Assembly: GCF_006345805.1 (NCBI RefSeq)
Contig: NC_042999.1
Location: 33,604,001-33,668,000 of the forward strand
DNA length: 64,000 nt
Origin: Octopus sinensis
Lineage: Eukaryota
Direction of reading: 5' to 3'
Below the pieces are notes generated by a model. It was not told the origin of the DNA. It did not search any database and was given only the letters and a program-made list of their open reading frames with translations. A program made the translations under genes and the position numbers. Shown here piece by piece: positions 12,789 to 24,216 of the stretch. Positions within the stretch are counted from its first letter, which is position 1. Each line of letters opens with the position of its first letter.

Positions 12789-13100
12789 GGCTGCCAGCTG
12801 GCAGAAACGTTATAGCGACGGGCGAAATGCTCCACAGTATTTCATCTGTCGTTACGTTGTGAGTTCAAATTTCGCCGAGGTTGACTTTGCCTTTCAACAT
12901 TTTGGGGTCAATAAATTAAGTACCAGTTCCGCACTGGGGTCGATGTTATCGACTTAATACCTATGTCTGTCCTTGTTTGTCCCCTCTATTTTTAGTTCCT
13001 TGTAGGTATTAAAGAAATAGATATTTCGTCTGTCTTTACGTTCAAATTCTGAGTTCAAATTCCGCCAAGGTCGATTTTGCCTTTCATCCTTTTCGGATCT
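12789..13100 (+). mobile_element. SINE family A followed by a headless tandem partial copy
   Basis: Full copy 12789-13020, then a restart at atatttcgtctg (13021) with the B box and core. Confidence 0.85.
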
Positions 13101-13122
13101 ATTCAATTAGACGTGCAGATTC

Positions 13123-13478
13123 TTTTACTTTTTTACTTGTTTCAGTCATGTGATTGTGGCCATCCTGGAGCACCGCCTTTAATCGAGCAAATCGACCCAA
13201 GAACTTATGTAAGCCTAGTACTTATTCTGTCGGTTTCTTATGCCGAACCTCTAAGTTACGGGGACGTAAACACACCAGAATCGGTTGTCAAGCGATGATG
13301 GGGGACAAACACACACACAAACATATATACACTCATACAAATATATATACATATATACGACGGGCTTCTTTCAGTTTCCGTCTACCAATTGCACTCACAC
13401 GGCTTTGGTTGGCCGAGGCTATAGTAGAAGACACTTGCCCAAGGTGACATGCAGTGGGACTGAACCCGGAACCATGTG
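13123..13478 (-). mobile_element. SINE family B, 5'-truncated
   Basis: High similarity to the reverse complement of 9371-9797, including the central microsatellite. Confidence 0.9.
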
Positions 13479-13610
13479 TGTGTATATATATATATAATCA
13501 AGCATAGATTGCTTATCTGATTTTATGAAATAGCCAGCAAGTATCAACTCCAGATAGTGCACTAATGAGTAGAATATATATATATATATGTATATGTATA
13601 TACATATATA

Positions 13611-13654
<44 letters not shown>

Positions 13655-13730
13655 AAAATAATAAGGTAATCAGAATGCTGGAAGATTATTTACATATACA
13701 TATATGTATATATATATATATATAATATAT

Positions 13731-13771
<41 letters not shown>

Positions 13772-13773
<2 letters not shown>

Positions 13774-14232
13774 GAGAAAGAAGCAACAAGAATGGATTAG
13801 TTTTTAGTACAATTGTTTCATACAAAGACAGGCTTTATTAAAAGTTGCAAATATTGCAGCAGATAAAGGTGTCCCGTACTCATCAGCTAAAACACATATG
13901 AGTTCTCCAAACATCTTAGTGGGTGAGGCTACACTCATGAAGTATCGGAGATAATTTCATAAAAAGCAAATTCAGGTTGTAAACAGACTTCCAAAGTTCT
14001 TTAATGATGATGCACACTCCTATCACAGGTTTTAAAAAAGCTTATTAGCTTCACAGAGAAGGTGAATCAATCCATAGTGTAGGTGCAAGTTTCCAGAGAT
14101 ATGAGGAGGTATTTCATATTCACAGACGATGAATCTATCCATGGTTAATCCACAATGAGTTGGGTATAATTTCATGCTATATGATAAGATACTTGTCACA
14201 CTACTGTTCTCTTCACAAAACTGCTATGTTAG
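13772..14232 (-). mobile_element. Non-coding hammerhead-bearing element (PLE terminal repeat or retrozyme-like)
   Basis: About 460 bp of complex sequence between a (TA)n tract and a purine tract; no ORF seen; contains the hammerhead at 13800-13893. Confidence 0.5.
13800..13893 (-). ncRNA. Type I minimal hammerhead ribozyme
   Basis: Stem I uuuuag/cuaaaa, CUGAUGA (plus 13880-13886), long stem II, GAAAC, palindromic CAAUUG, GUA cleavage triplet (predicted cut 13808/13807). Confidence 0.85.
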
Positions 14233-14779
14233 AATTTCTAAAGGCAGAAGGAATTTTGTGGAGCAAATAAAAGAAAAGAAAAGAAAGAAAAAAAGAAAGA
14301 AAAAAAAAGAAAAAAGAAAACGGAGAAGAAGAAAAAAGAAAAAAAGAAAAAACGCCCACATAGAGTATACTGTGACCACTGAGAGGGAAAGGGTCGCAGG
14401 TAACCCCCTACACATATATATATATTTATATATATATATATATTTCATTTACATTTCTAGCGATTTCTTTCTTTATCGGATTTATTAGAAAAGTGGTCTA
14501 TAGTAAGTTTGTTTCGCCTTTTTTTATATACAATTGAAACTTATGATGGTTTAGATAGAGAGAGAGGGGAAGAGAGCAACAAATTAGAAAGGAAGTTTCA
14601 GGGGATAGAGAGGAAGAGAGAGTGAGAAATGGTGAAAATAGGGAAGAGAAAGGAAAGTAGCAGAAGTGGATTTGGGGTTTGCGGTGGAAGGGAGAGTAAA
14701 TAAGAAAAATGTTTGAGAGGGAGTGGGAGATAACCGAAGCGTGCCCTTTGTATCGGTGTTGTCAAACTTGTTTGGTTAA

Positions 14780-15955
14780 GATTCAATATGTCTTTTTTTT
14801 TTCCTTTTTAGTGGGGAAGGAAAGAATTGTTTTGTATTCAAGTGATGGAGGTTTTTAATTGAACGACCAGATGTTGTTTTTGATTTTCTCTAGTAAGGTC
14901 TTGCTTTACAAAATTCTTTTGTATTCATTAATGTAATAAGTGAGAAAGTTTGAGTGGATATGGTCAAGTAGTTTGATTAAAATTCCAGATGTTGTTTTTT
15001 ATTTAGACGTGTTTGGCTACGTTTTTGAAAGAGTCATTTTAAAGGAAGTATAAGTATGATCTTAAATACAATCTGAAAATTTTTTAGGAGTGAGGAAGTG
15101 AAATTCAAATATTGGTGTGTGTTCTTTTATGTGTAAAATATGTCTGTACTAACTGAAGTAAATACCTAGGAATTGTAGTTCATTGTAGCTTGTTTCTGTT
15201 GGGAATTTGATAGATGGGTGCCGTGTTTTGAGGATGTTGTGAGCTGTCTTCTTTTGATCTATCCCAAAACATGAAACAGTCATCGAGGTAGCCCTTCCAA
15301 TTCTTCACGATGTCTTCCTTGAAGTTGTGATCAAAGATTTCCCTACTTCCTCGTAAAGTTTACCTTCTAGGTAACCTATGACTAAGTTGGCATATCAGGG
15401 TGCCAATTTCGGAATTATAGCCGTGCTCTTTATCTATCAGTATATCCTATTATCAAATCTGAAGGTGTTTTCTTTTAGTACTAGACGAGTTGCTTTGGAA
15501 ATGAAGTCTGTTTTGAAACGTTCATCTATACGTCTTCTGTGTTTCTCTACCCATTGTTCGACTAAATTCAGGTCCAAGGTATACTGGTATAGAGATTAGT
15601 GACGTAGAAACCTGAAAGTATAGTGTCTTCTGAGACAGTAGTTGGGGTGTGTTTGAGAAAGTCCATGTCATCCCGTATACAGGTGGGTACTAAGGGTTTG
15701 AGAAGTATGTCCAAAAGGCGACTCAGTTGTTGTGTTAGGATTCAGAGCCCAGCAACTATCAGTTTCATTTGGAGGTGTGTGGGTCTTTGTAGTTTTATGT
15801 ATTCTATGCTCTGTTTACTTATTGCCTTCTGTATCTCGGAGCTTTTGTGGATTTTAGGCAATCCGTAGAGATTTCTCTCTTTGATTATGGAGTTGCATAA
15901 ATATTTTCTCTTTGCTTTGAAGGAGCCCTGGTATTGGCTAATTAATGTTCTGATG
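14780..15955 (-). mobile_element. Penelope-like RT, decayed
   Basis: NLYGLPKIHK, LSRLLDILLKP, VTNLYTSIP, LVLKENTFRF, YANLVIGYLE, WKGYLDDCFMFW. Confidence 0.9.
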
Positions 15956-16149
15956 TTATATATAGATATGTATGTATAAACATAAGCTATATATATATAT
16001 ATATATAGTTTCCTTCAGTTTCGCTGCGAAAGGGGTTAAGTCGATGCAGTTGAAACACAGTTGAAAATTGCTATAACTATTTGATAAAATTATAAATGTG
16101 GAATATCCACGTTCTCTTTATCATCATTAATGTATATATATATATATAT

Positions 16150-16490
16150 CCTATTTGTTTGGATACATTTAACTATTTCTACGAGATTAAAAACCCAAAA
16201 AAATATGAAGAGCATCTATGAACTTTGAAACTTATTCGTTTGATCAAGAAACCAATCTGATCTAAACATCCAGCAGTTATAGAGAACTGGGTCTATAAAT
16301 TTGCACACCGTAAGTTTATGGGTTTGGTGGTATGAAACTATTCGTGGCGCTTTAATACATGTGGCCTTAAGTAAATAATATTTATCTCTCACCAGATACA
16401 GTACTTTTTATAGAATTTTCTCCACAGATCAGCACAGTATATATAATGTGTGTTGTTGTTGTTGTTATATATATATATATATATATATAT

Positions 16491-16530
<40 letters not shown>

Positions 16531-16844
16531 TATTTGTTTGGATACATTTAACTATTTCTACGAGATTAAAAACCCAAAAAAATATGAAGAGCATCTATGA
16601 ACTTTGAAACTTATTCGTTTGATCAAGAAACCAATCTGATCTAAACATCCAGCAGTTATAGAGAACTGGGTCTATAAATTTGCACACCGTAAGTTTATGG
16701 GTTTGGTGGTATGAAACTATTCGTGGCGCTTTAATACATGTGGCCTTAAGTAAATAATATTTATCTCTCACCAGATACAGTACTTTTTATAGAATTTTCT
16801 CCACAGATCAGCACAGTATATATAATGTGTGTTGTTGTTGTTGT

Positions 16845-16870
<26 letters not shown>
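16150..16870. repeat. Identical tandem duplication, period 379 bp, bounded by (TA)n
   Basis: 16150-16466 appears identical to 16529-16845. Confidence 0.95.
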
Positions 16871-16880
<10 letters not shown>

Positions 16881-18334
16881 ATATATAGGGGTGTACATAA
16901 TGTGCATTAGTGTGTGTGCTTTATTGACTTAATGGGATACATCTCAGTCTAAATTTCCAAAATAGATTCCATTTCACTCTAAAATTTTCTGTTGTTGCCT
17001 GATGAGCCAGAAATGTGTTTTTTTTTTGGGGGGGGGGGCTATCTTCAAACTTCTTGTACAAAATGATAATATTTGCTGTTCATTCGGTGATAGCAAATCT
17101 CGGTTTATTTTAAATTTTGTAGTATTCGGGGAAAGCACAATCTTGGTCTGTGCCAGTATCGATTTTGTGCTTGCTATTTAGTTTTTCAATCATATGAATT
17201 TCTTTGTTTTCTTAGCAATTTCACCACTTGTAACTTGTAGACTTCTTTATAATCATGGCAATAGGAGGAATTAGAAATACACCAATCCTCCAATTTTAGT
17301 AGCTCCAAATAGTATGGTTTTGGAATAATCAGGGTAGGTAAATTAGCAAAAATTATAACGAAACTCACACTGATATTTGCACAGTTATAGATGAAGAAGT
17401 GCCTCAGTAATAGGAATACTAAAACATTTATAGACATTTATTTCTAATTGAATCTTTCTAAAGTTTTGTTTCTTTTTCTTGTACGTTTGGAAATACTTGT
17501 GATAGCATGATATTTGTAACCAACAGTCAGCTATGAGCTGTCGACTCACTTTGTTCTTTAATCTAAATATACGCAGGCTTCTAGTCTTAGATTTTGCTTG
17601 ATGATAAGGAGATAGAGAAATTGAAAATGAATTACAACCCATGCCACTCTAAAAATTGTACTTTTGTTCTTCACTTAGCTATTCTTGCTACAATAGTGAC
17701 ATGAAATTCTCCAGTCCTCTTTATCTGTTAAAATATTTAAGAAATATTATATTAATATAGATTGTCTGTTGAAAATCTATATTTCTACAGCTGAAGAAAG
17801 TGCTGTATTTAAACTGATGTAATGATTGCATTGTTCAATTAAATGGACTCTCTTGGAACGGTCGAATTACATTACTACTTGATATCCTACTACTGATTCT
17901 GATTATATATACATATATCATTTATGTTTATATAGAACAAAAATTGAGTCGGAATATTTTTTTTTAATTTTTAAGGTGACCAGGTTTTATACCAAATCAT
18001 TCAGCTGTGGTGAGCGTAGGCCATGTGTAAAATATATCTATAAATAGAAGAAATGCTAATACTCAAAAACATGCGTTCAGTTATATTATTAGTTCATTAA
18101 GCAAGGCGCTGCCTTACAGCTCGTGTACACGAGGAATTAGTGAACGAGATCACTGTATCTAAACGTGCACACACATACATATAATTACCTTCCTATCAAT
18201 ACACCAACATCGGTAGTCAAGAAGTATTGGGTGGGTGGCAAACACAAACACAGAAACACATACACTTTTAGATCAATATATTTACATATATCTGTGTATG
18301 TATGTATTATCTGTATGTGTGTGTATGTGTACTA

Positions 18335-18435
18335 GATTCTTCTTTCAGTTGCGCTCTACCAAATCCATAGACATGTCTTTGGTCATCCCGAGGTTATAAT
18401 AGAAGACACCGGGGACGCAGTGGGACTTAAACTAT
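18335..18435 (-). mobile_element. SINE family B fragment
   Basis: tttcagttgcgctctaccaaatcc...gaagacacc...gcagtgggact. Confidence 0.6.
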
Positions 18436-18470
18436 GCAATTCGATTCAAATTGTAACGGATATATATATC

Positions 18471-18513
<43 letters not shown>

Positions 18514-18949
18514 GTGTGTGTGTGTGTATAATATATATATATATATATTCATATATAGTGATATACATATACTTGTATATGTATATCTATAAAGATATAT
18601 ATATATATATCTTTATAGATATAAATATAAAATATACATATTTATAAATACACACATATATATGCCTGAGTGTGTGTGTGTGCGGGTGTTTGTAAACAGA
18701 GACACACTTAGGTAAACAGAATCATACATATTTATATATGCAGTGTTAGTTTGTAAAAGCACGTCACAAAGCACAGGAGAAATTATAACAGAGAAGCATT
18801 GCCAAACGATATAATATAAATTGTGTCAAATAAAACGTGTTCATAGTTGGTTTCAAAGTTACTTATGTTCTGTATTTGCTCTTGTTCTTTATAAGTTCCA
18901 GCATCTTAATTATATTTGATATAGTTTTTACTTTTATCTCTCTTTAATT

Positions 18950-19900
18950 TCATAATATTCATTGCATGACTTGAAATTTTATAGTTTCTTGCTGTCGTTT
19001 TGCGCCATCTTTCGTTCAGAAAAAATCGATATATTTCCCAGTTGACGTAACAATTACGGATTCGTAACTATGATTTTTAGACCTGAAAGATTATTATTTG
19101 TCTCTCGGTCAACTATGATATGAAATCCAGGTTGTCACCGTTCAGACATTGTGATGTAGTGCTTATACGGCATTGTCCATCTTTTCATATTAAAATGGCA
19201 GTACGTTGTAGAATGAACATAAGCAATAACTCATGCGTGGATAAATTTTGTCTCTCCTACAAAGTGGGCAGCCGGAAATAATGTCAAAATATGTTTCTGC
19301 TGACTGCCGTGTCTGCGGGCGATTTTAGCTTCTGCTGTTATATCATTTATGCACTTTACTAACGACTAGATATTGATCAAGTGAAGCTAAAATAAGAACA
19401 TCCATTTCTGTTGCAATACAGCGCTTTGTTGGCTTTCATACTTAATTTATTCTTCTGTGTCAATTATTATAGAATATTGGCCATTGAGAGCATTTGCTCT
19501 CTCCTATTTGTTTCTTATATGTTGTAACTCCATTTTGGTTTTTACGTCTTGTCTTTGATTTTTATGTTATCTTTTCCTATAACAACCTACAACATTTTCT
19601 TCGGTGCAGTAATCTTTTATTACAAACTTTATGGCTTTCTTTATATTGAGATGACTTAGATTTTATTTACTCGTATTCCTTTCATTAAATTATTCATTCT
19701 TCCTTTGCTTGCACATAAGTATTCTTTTATACTGCCTCTCGTTCTTTTATATTGACTTTCTATTTTGTGAGGCACTGTCGCGCTGCACGTGTTTCAAGTA
19801 GGCATCGGACATGGATATCGGCTGCAGAAGAGGAACTTTCAAATTTTCTTTTCTAGAATATTCGATTCATTTAACTTGTATTGTTGGTATTGTAATTGGA
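18950..19900 (-). mobile_element. R4/Dong-like non-LTR retrotransposon, decayed C-terminal region
   Basis: LILASLDQYL (cf. IIAAQDQ.L), ETYFDIISGCP (cf. ETIDHIISGCP zinc knuckle), DRETNN and SKKL*NFK in the expected order. Confidence 0.5.
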
Positions 19901-19976
19901 GCTAGTATTGCAAAAGCGCTGATACACAAAGACTTATTTCTGTCATTTAATTTATTTATATTAGTCTGACACTTAC

Positions 19977-20047
19977 TCTTTTACCCTTTTACTCTTTTAC
20001 TTATTTCAGTCATTTTTGGCTGCGGCCATGCTGGAGCACCGCCTTTA
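19977..20047 (-). mobile_element. SINE family B 3' end
   Basis: ttttacttatttcagtcatttttggctgcggccatgctggagcaccgccttt. Confidence 0.8.
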
Positions 20048-20334
20048 ACAATAATATACCGATGATTAAGTAATGGGCAAAATAATAAATAAAACACATA
20101 TTTCTTCATTATTTCGCACATTACTTAATCATCGGTATATTATTGCTATTTTATATTTAATATTTCTATTATACGTAATCTTCTATATGGTGTAATATAA
20201 TTCTTTATTTTGAATTGATAAAATGTGTTTTTTACTAATTTTTATATATATATTGTATTTTGTGAAATTGATTTAATATTTCTAAATTGAATTTTTCCCT
20301 GTAAGTTAGCAATAATATTCCCTCAAATTATTAT

Positions 20335-20370
<36 letters not shown>

Positions 20371-20381
20371 TACACAAGTAT

Positions 20382-20473
20382 GTTGTCAGTGACTTCGAAC
20401 TTTCAGGCAGCTAATTCATCGTCGGACAGCCCGACGATGGCCTAACTGGCCGAAATTTCGAATCATTGACAAC
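20382..20473. ncRNA. Second palindrome with opposite-polarity hammerhead-like cores
   Basis: Arms 20382-20425 and 20431-20473 match 35/44. Each reads CCGACGA...GAAA; the plus copy has stem II GGCC/GGCC and palindromic UUCGAA before AUC. Confidence 0.5.
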
Positions 20474-20899
20474 AATATCTTCATATAAGAATAATAAATT
20501 TACATTCTGCGAATGTATAGAGTAAACTACCAGACTTTGAGATTAATGTAAAATTGTTTTTACTATAATTGAACATTAAACCGAAAATTAATACACATAC
20601 ACACACACACACACACACAGAAACTGCCAATTACGATGATACGTTGAAAACTATCAGCTTTCGGTAATGACTATTTGAACAGAACGAAATAAAATCTGAA
20701 TAAGACAAAAGTTGTTCTCTATGAAGACTTCTAATTTCATTAATTAAACTCTTAGTGCAGTAACATTTCAATTAGAAACCGATAATTATTTTATCATTTC
20801 TTCTTTACTTTCCTCTTTATTTTAACTATAAAATATACTTAATTCACGCCTTACAGGATATATAATAATATATGGTAACTGATAATTGGCATTTCCTTG

Positions 20900-21700
20900 G
20901 TAAATTACCGGCTATAGAAAATCCATGGATTGCGTTAATGCAGTAAAATAATCATTCACTGTAGAAAAAGAAATACATTATTGAATGTAGGAAATATATC
21001 TTATCTATTGGATGCAGTTACTGGAAGAATGAGATAATTTACTCAGAGAATTTATGATTTGATGCAAAATTACATATACGAAACAGAATACGAATAACAT
21101 ATATTTATTTATGTGCATTCCTCTTTTCGAGCTGGTAAAGAAATAAAGTTTGGTGTATTACAGAACAACCACGATTATGTCACGAAATCAAAGAAAAAAA
21201 ATGCTGTAAATGCATTTATATAGAAGTAATGTATGTGTCATTGTAGATCAGGTACTATCATTTGTGCACTAGGAAAACTTAGTCATGTATCACCTTTAAA
21301 ACCAATATATAGCTGCATTGAATTCAATACAGAAAACTCAGCTGCCTCACCAAGAATATCAGCAACAAATATGATGTAATAACTAATCCAGCCGTATTTT
21401 CCGACATTGCTTCAACTTCTTGAAAATTCAAACGGCGATCGTAAAATATTTCTTCTTTAATAGACTAAAGGAGGCTAATGTTACATATATCGCAGGAGAC
21501 AAAAAATTAGATTATAAATTACATCGACTCTAATAAGATATGCATTACCCTATTGAATTTACTTGTATGGCTGACATGTTTGTTGCCTTGAATCACGGGA
21601 AATAACTATATGATCAGGTAACAGCCTTAACAAAAGTAGTGAACTTAGTGGGAAATGTTCATCCTACAGTGGGGAAATATTTTCATAATTTAAACCGCTT
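20900..21700 (+). pseudogene. Possible decayed TPR-repeat gene (kinesin-light-chain/nephrocystin-3-like TPR type)
   Basis: One stop-riddled frame gives HGK*LYDQVTALTKVVNLVGNVHPTVGKYFHNL plus weaker upstream repeat-like segments. Confidence 0.3.
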
Positions 21701-22089
21701 ATCTCATATCGTTAACCGCTTAACCATATCGTTAACTTTCTAGCGCATATCTAATCATACGTAAAATAGCTAAGTATACGCATCCTATTTAAATATTATT
21801 TCAAACTATGTGTCTCATTGTCTCATTCGCCTTCTGGATATGTATATTCGTTATATTTGTTTGCAATTTTTATAATCAATAAATTGCAAAATATTTGATT
21901 ACACAAAGTATGATTTGATAGATTCTCTACCCATTGTATACGCTTTTATATATATCTTATTCTATATCTTTATTTTTACCTATTATTTTATACCTTTATG
22001 TATTTGATGAAAGGGTATGTGTGTGTGTATTTGTGTTTGTGTGTGTGTTTGCCTCTATATATGTGTGTGTGCGTGAATATGTATACATG

Positions 22090-22243
22090 TATGGAAGGCG
22101 CATTCAAAATGTATTCGACCCCACACTTCCTGTAGAAGAGCGAAGATTTCGTGTCGGTAGGGCGCAACATTTCCCGGCTACTCCCTCGGCATTAATTTTG
22201 AGAGGAAAAAATTGAGTCGCATATTTTTCAAACGCACACCGTA
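22090..22243. mobile_element. Mariner-derived MITE
   Basis: Degenerate TIRs tatggaaggcgcattcaaaatgtattcgacc and gagtcgcatatttttcaaacgcacaccgta with TA ends. Confidence 0.6.
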
Positions 22244-22327
22244 TGTGAGTGTGTATGTGTGTATATATGCGCGTATATGTATCTGTGGTTATATATATAT
22301 AGATATATATATATATGTATGTATGTA

Positions 22328-22875
22328 TGTAAAGTTTTGTTGCAAATGCACCTAAATTTGAAAAAAAACACTTGCAATTGTTTTACACTAAGTTTATTTA
22401 CATATATACCAAACTAGATTTGACAATATTTTTTTGTTTGTCAATGCTAAATATCTAGAATCATGAATTAGAAAAACATTAGAAAAACTTTAGAAAAACA
22501 GGTTTTAACGTTGACGAGTTTAAATATTCAAAACTGTCAATAATATAAAAAAACTGTTGATCAACTTGTTTAAATGTACAAAATTTTACTTCTATCTTCA
22601 TTTCTGCCTTCTTTTCTCCCTTTTATCTCAGTATGACTGAAACTTTGATGATACTTATTTTTTGTACATTAAACAAGTTGATCATCAGTTTTTATATTAT
22701 TGACTGTTATGAACACTTAAACTTGTCAACATTGAAACTTTTAAACATGTTTTTCTAATTCATAATTCTAAATTTTTACCATTGATAAACAAAAAATGTT
22801 GAAACAAACTTGGTATATTTAAAAACAATTCCCAGTTTCTCAAATTTAGGAGCATTTTCAACAACAAATTAACAT
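22328..22875. mobile_element. Foldback/MITE with ~250-bp imperfect inverted repeats
   Basis: 22328-22575 aligns to the reverse complement of ~22655-22875 (shared tgatcaacttgtttaa, tcaataatataaaaa, atgaattagaaaaaca, cctaaatttga); pyrimidine-rich spacer. Confidence 0.85.
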
Positions 22876-22999
22876 ATATTTTTTCCTGCGCGACAATACA
22901 CCCCCTCTTTTGTTATATGTGTGTGTCTGTGTGTGTGCGTCTGTGTCTGTGAATGTGTGTGTGTGTGCGTGCACGTGTGCGTCTGTGTGTATTCTATAC

Positions 23000-23172
23000 A
23001 TATTAGACTGTGACCATGGTGGTGCACCACCTTGAATTCGGACTTGAATTTTTAGTTGAATTCACAGTTAAATGGATCGACCCCAGTACTCTTTTTGCGA
23101 AGCGCTGGGTTACGTGACCATAAACCCACCAACATGGGGTGTTGTGAGAAAAAGCACAGATACAATGGCACA

Positions 23173-23230
<58 letters not shown>

Positions 23231-23421
23231 ATATATATATAATATATATATATATACACATCTGTATACGACGGTCTTCTTTCAGTTTCCGTCTACCAAA
23301 TCCACTTGCATATCTTTGGTCCACTCGAGGCTGTAGAAGCGGTCACTTGGTGCAATATAGTGGGACTGAACCCAGAATCATGTGGTTGGGAAGCAAGCTT
23401 CTTATCATACAGCCACGCCTG
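23000..23421 (-). mobile_element. SINE family B with expanded internal (TA)n
   Basis: Both halves flank (TA)n at ~23176-23256. Confidence 0.8.
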
Positions 23422-23424
23422 CAC

Positions 23425-23467
<43 letters not shown>

Positions 23468-24113
23468 TGTAGCTAAGTGTATGCACGTATGTGTATATAT
23501 ATATTTTTTTTTGTGTATATATGTGGGTGTGCGTGTGTCTGCGTGTCACGGCATGTGAGTGGGATTATATGTGTACCTATTGAGTTTAAGTTGAAGAGAT
23601 TGAGACAAATAGTTGATAACAGTTTCTGTTTCTTTTCTTTTGCTTGCAGTTGCTGTGAGATTTTTCTCTTTTATCTCACTTAAATGATAAAATACCTGCA
23701 TGGTTTTCATGAACATTCATGTCAACTAAAAGCTTCAGCATATCTGTGACAATTGCATGTTCTCAATGCCAATACTAGCTGTAAATATATTTAGGTACGT
23801 GAATTTAAATAATATAGTCATTTGATTTCTTTGCTTCTCGCATGCCTATTCAAGCCAAAGCTTCTAATTTTACTATAAATGTGAACGCTAATTTTAAAGA
23901 ACCACTAATCAAACGCTGTTGGATTCGTGATGTTCGAAGTAAGAAATCCCTTCTATTTGACATTTTATGTTTGAAATTTTACCTGATGGATAAATGTTAT
24001 GATGCAATCTATAAACATATCAATATATATATATAATACTGCTGAAACAGCTGTCACAAATAGTATCGCCATTGCTGCACTGTGTATATATATATATATA
24101 TATACACATATGC

Positions 24114-24167
<54 letters not shown>

Positions 24168-24169
24168 GC

Positions 24170-24216
<47 letters not shown>

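Noticed and set aside
16985-17010. ctgatgagccagaaat hammerhead-like motif
   Set aside because: No room for stem II and no stem I or III.
17050-17900. Possible non-LTR RT-thumb or DIRS relic
   Set aside because: Only scattered 3-4 residue similarities; not supportable.
21300-21480. Minus-strand GPCR-like or Cys-loop-receptor-like peptides (FYDRRLNF; YIIFVADILG)
   Set aside because: Isolated short motifs with wrong spacing; the plus-strand TPR reading fits better.
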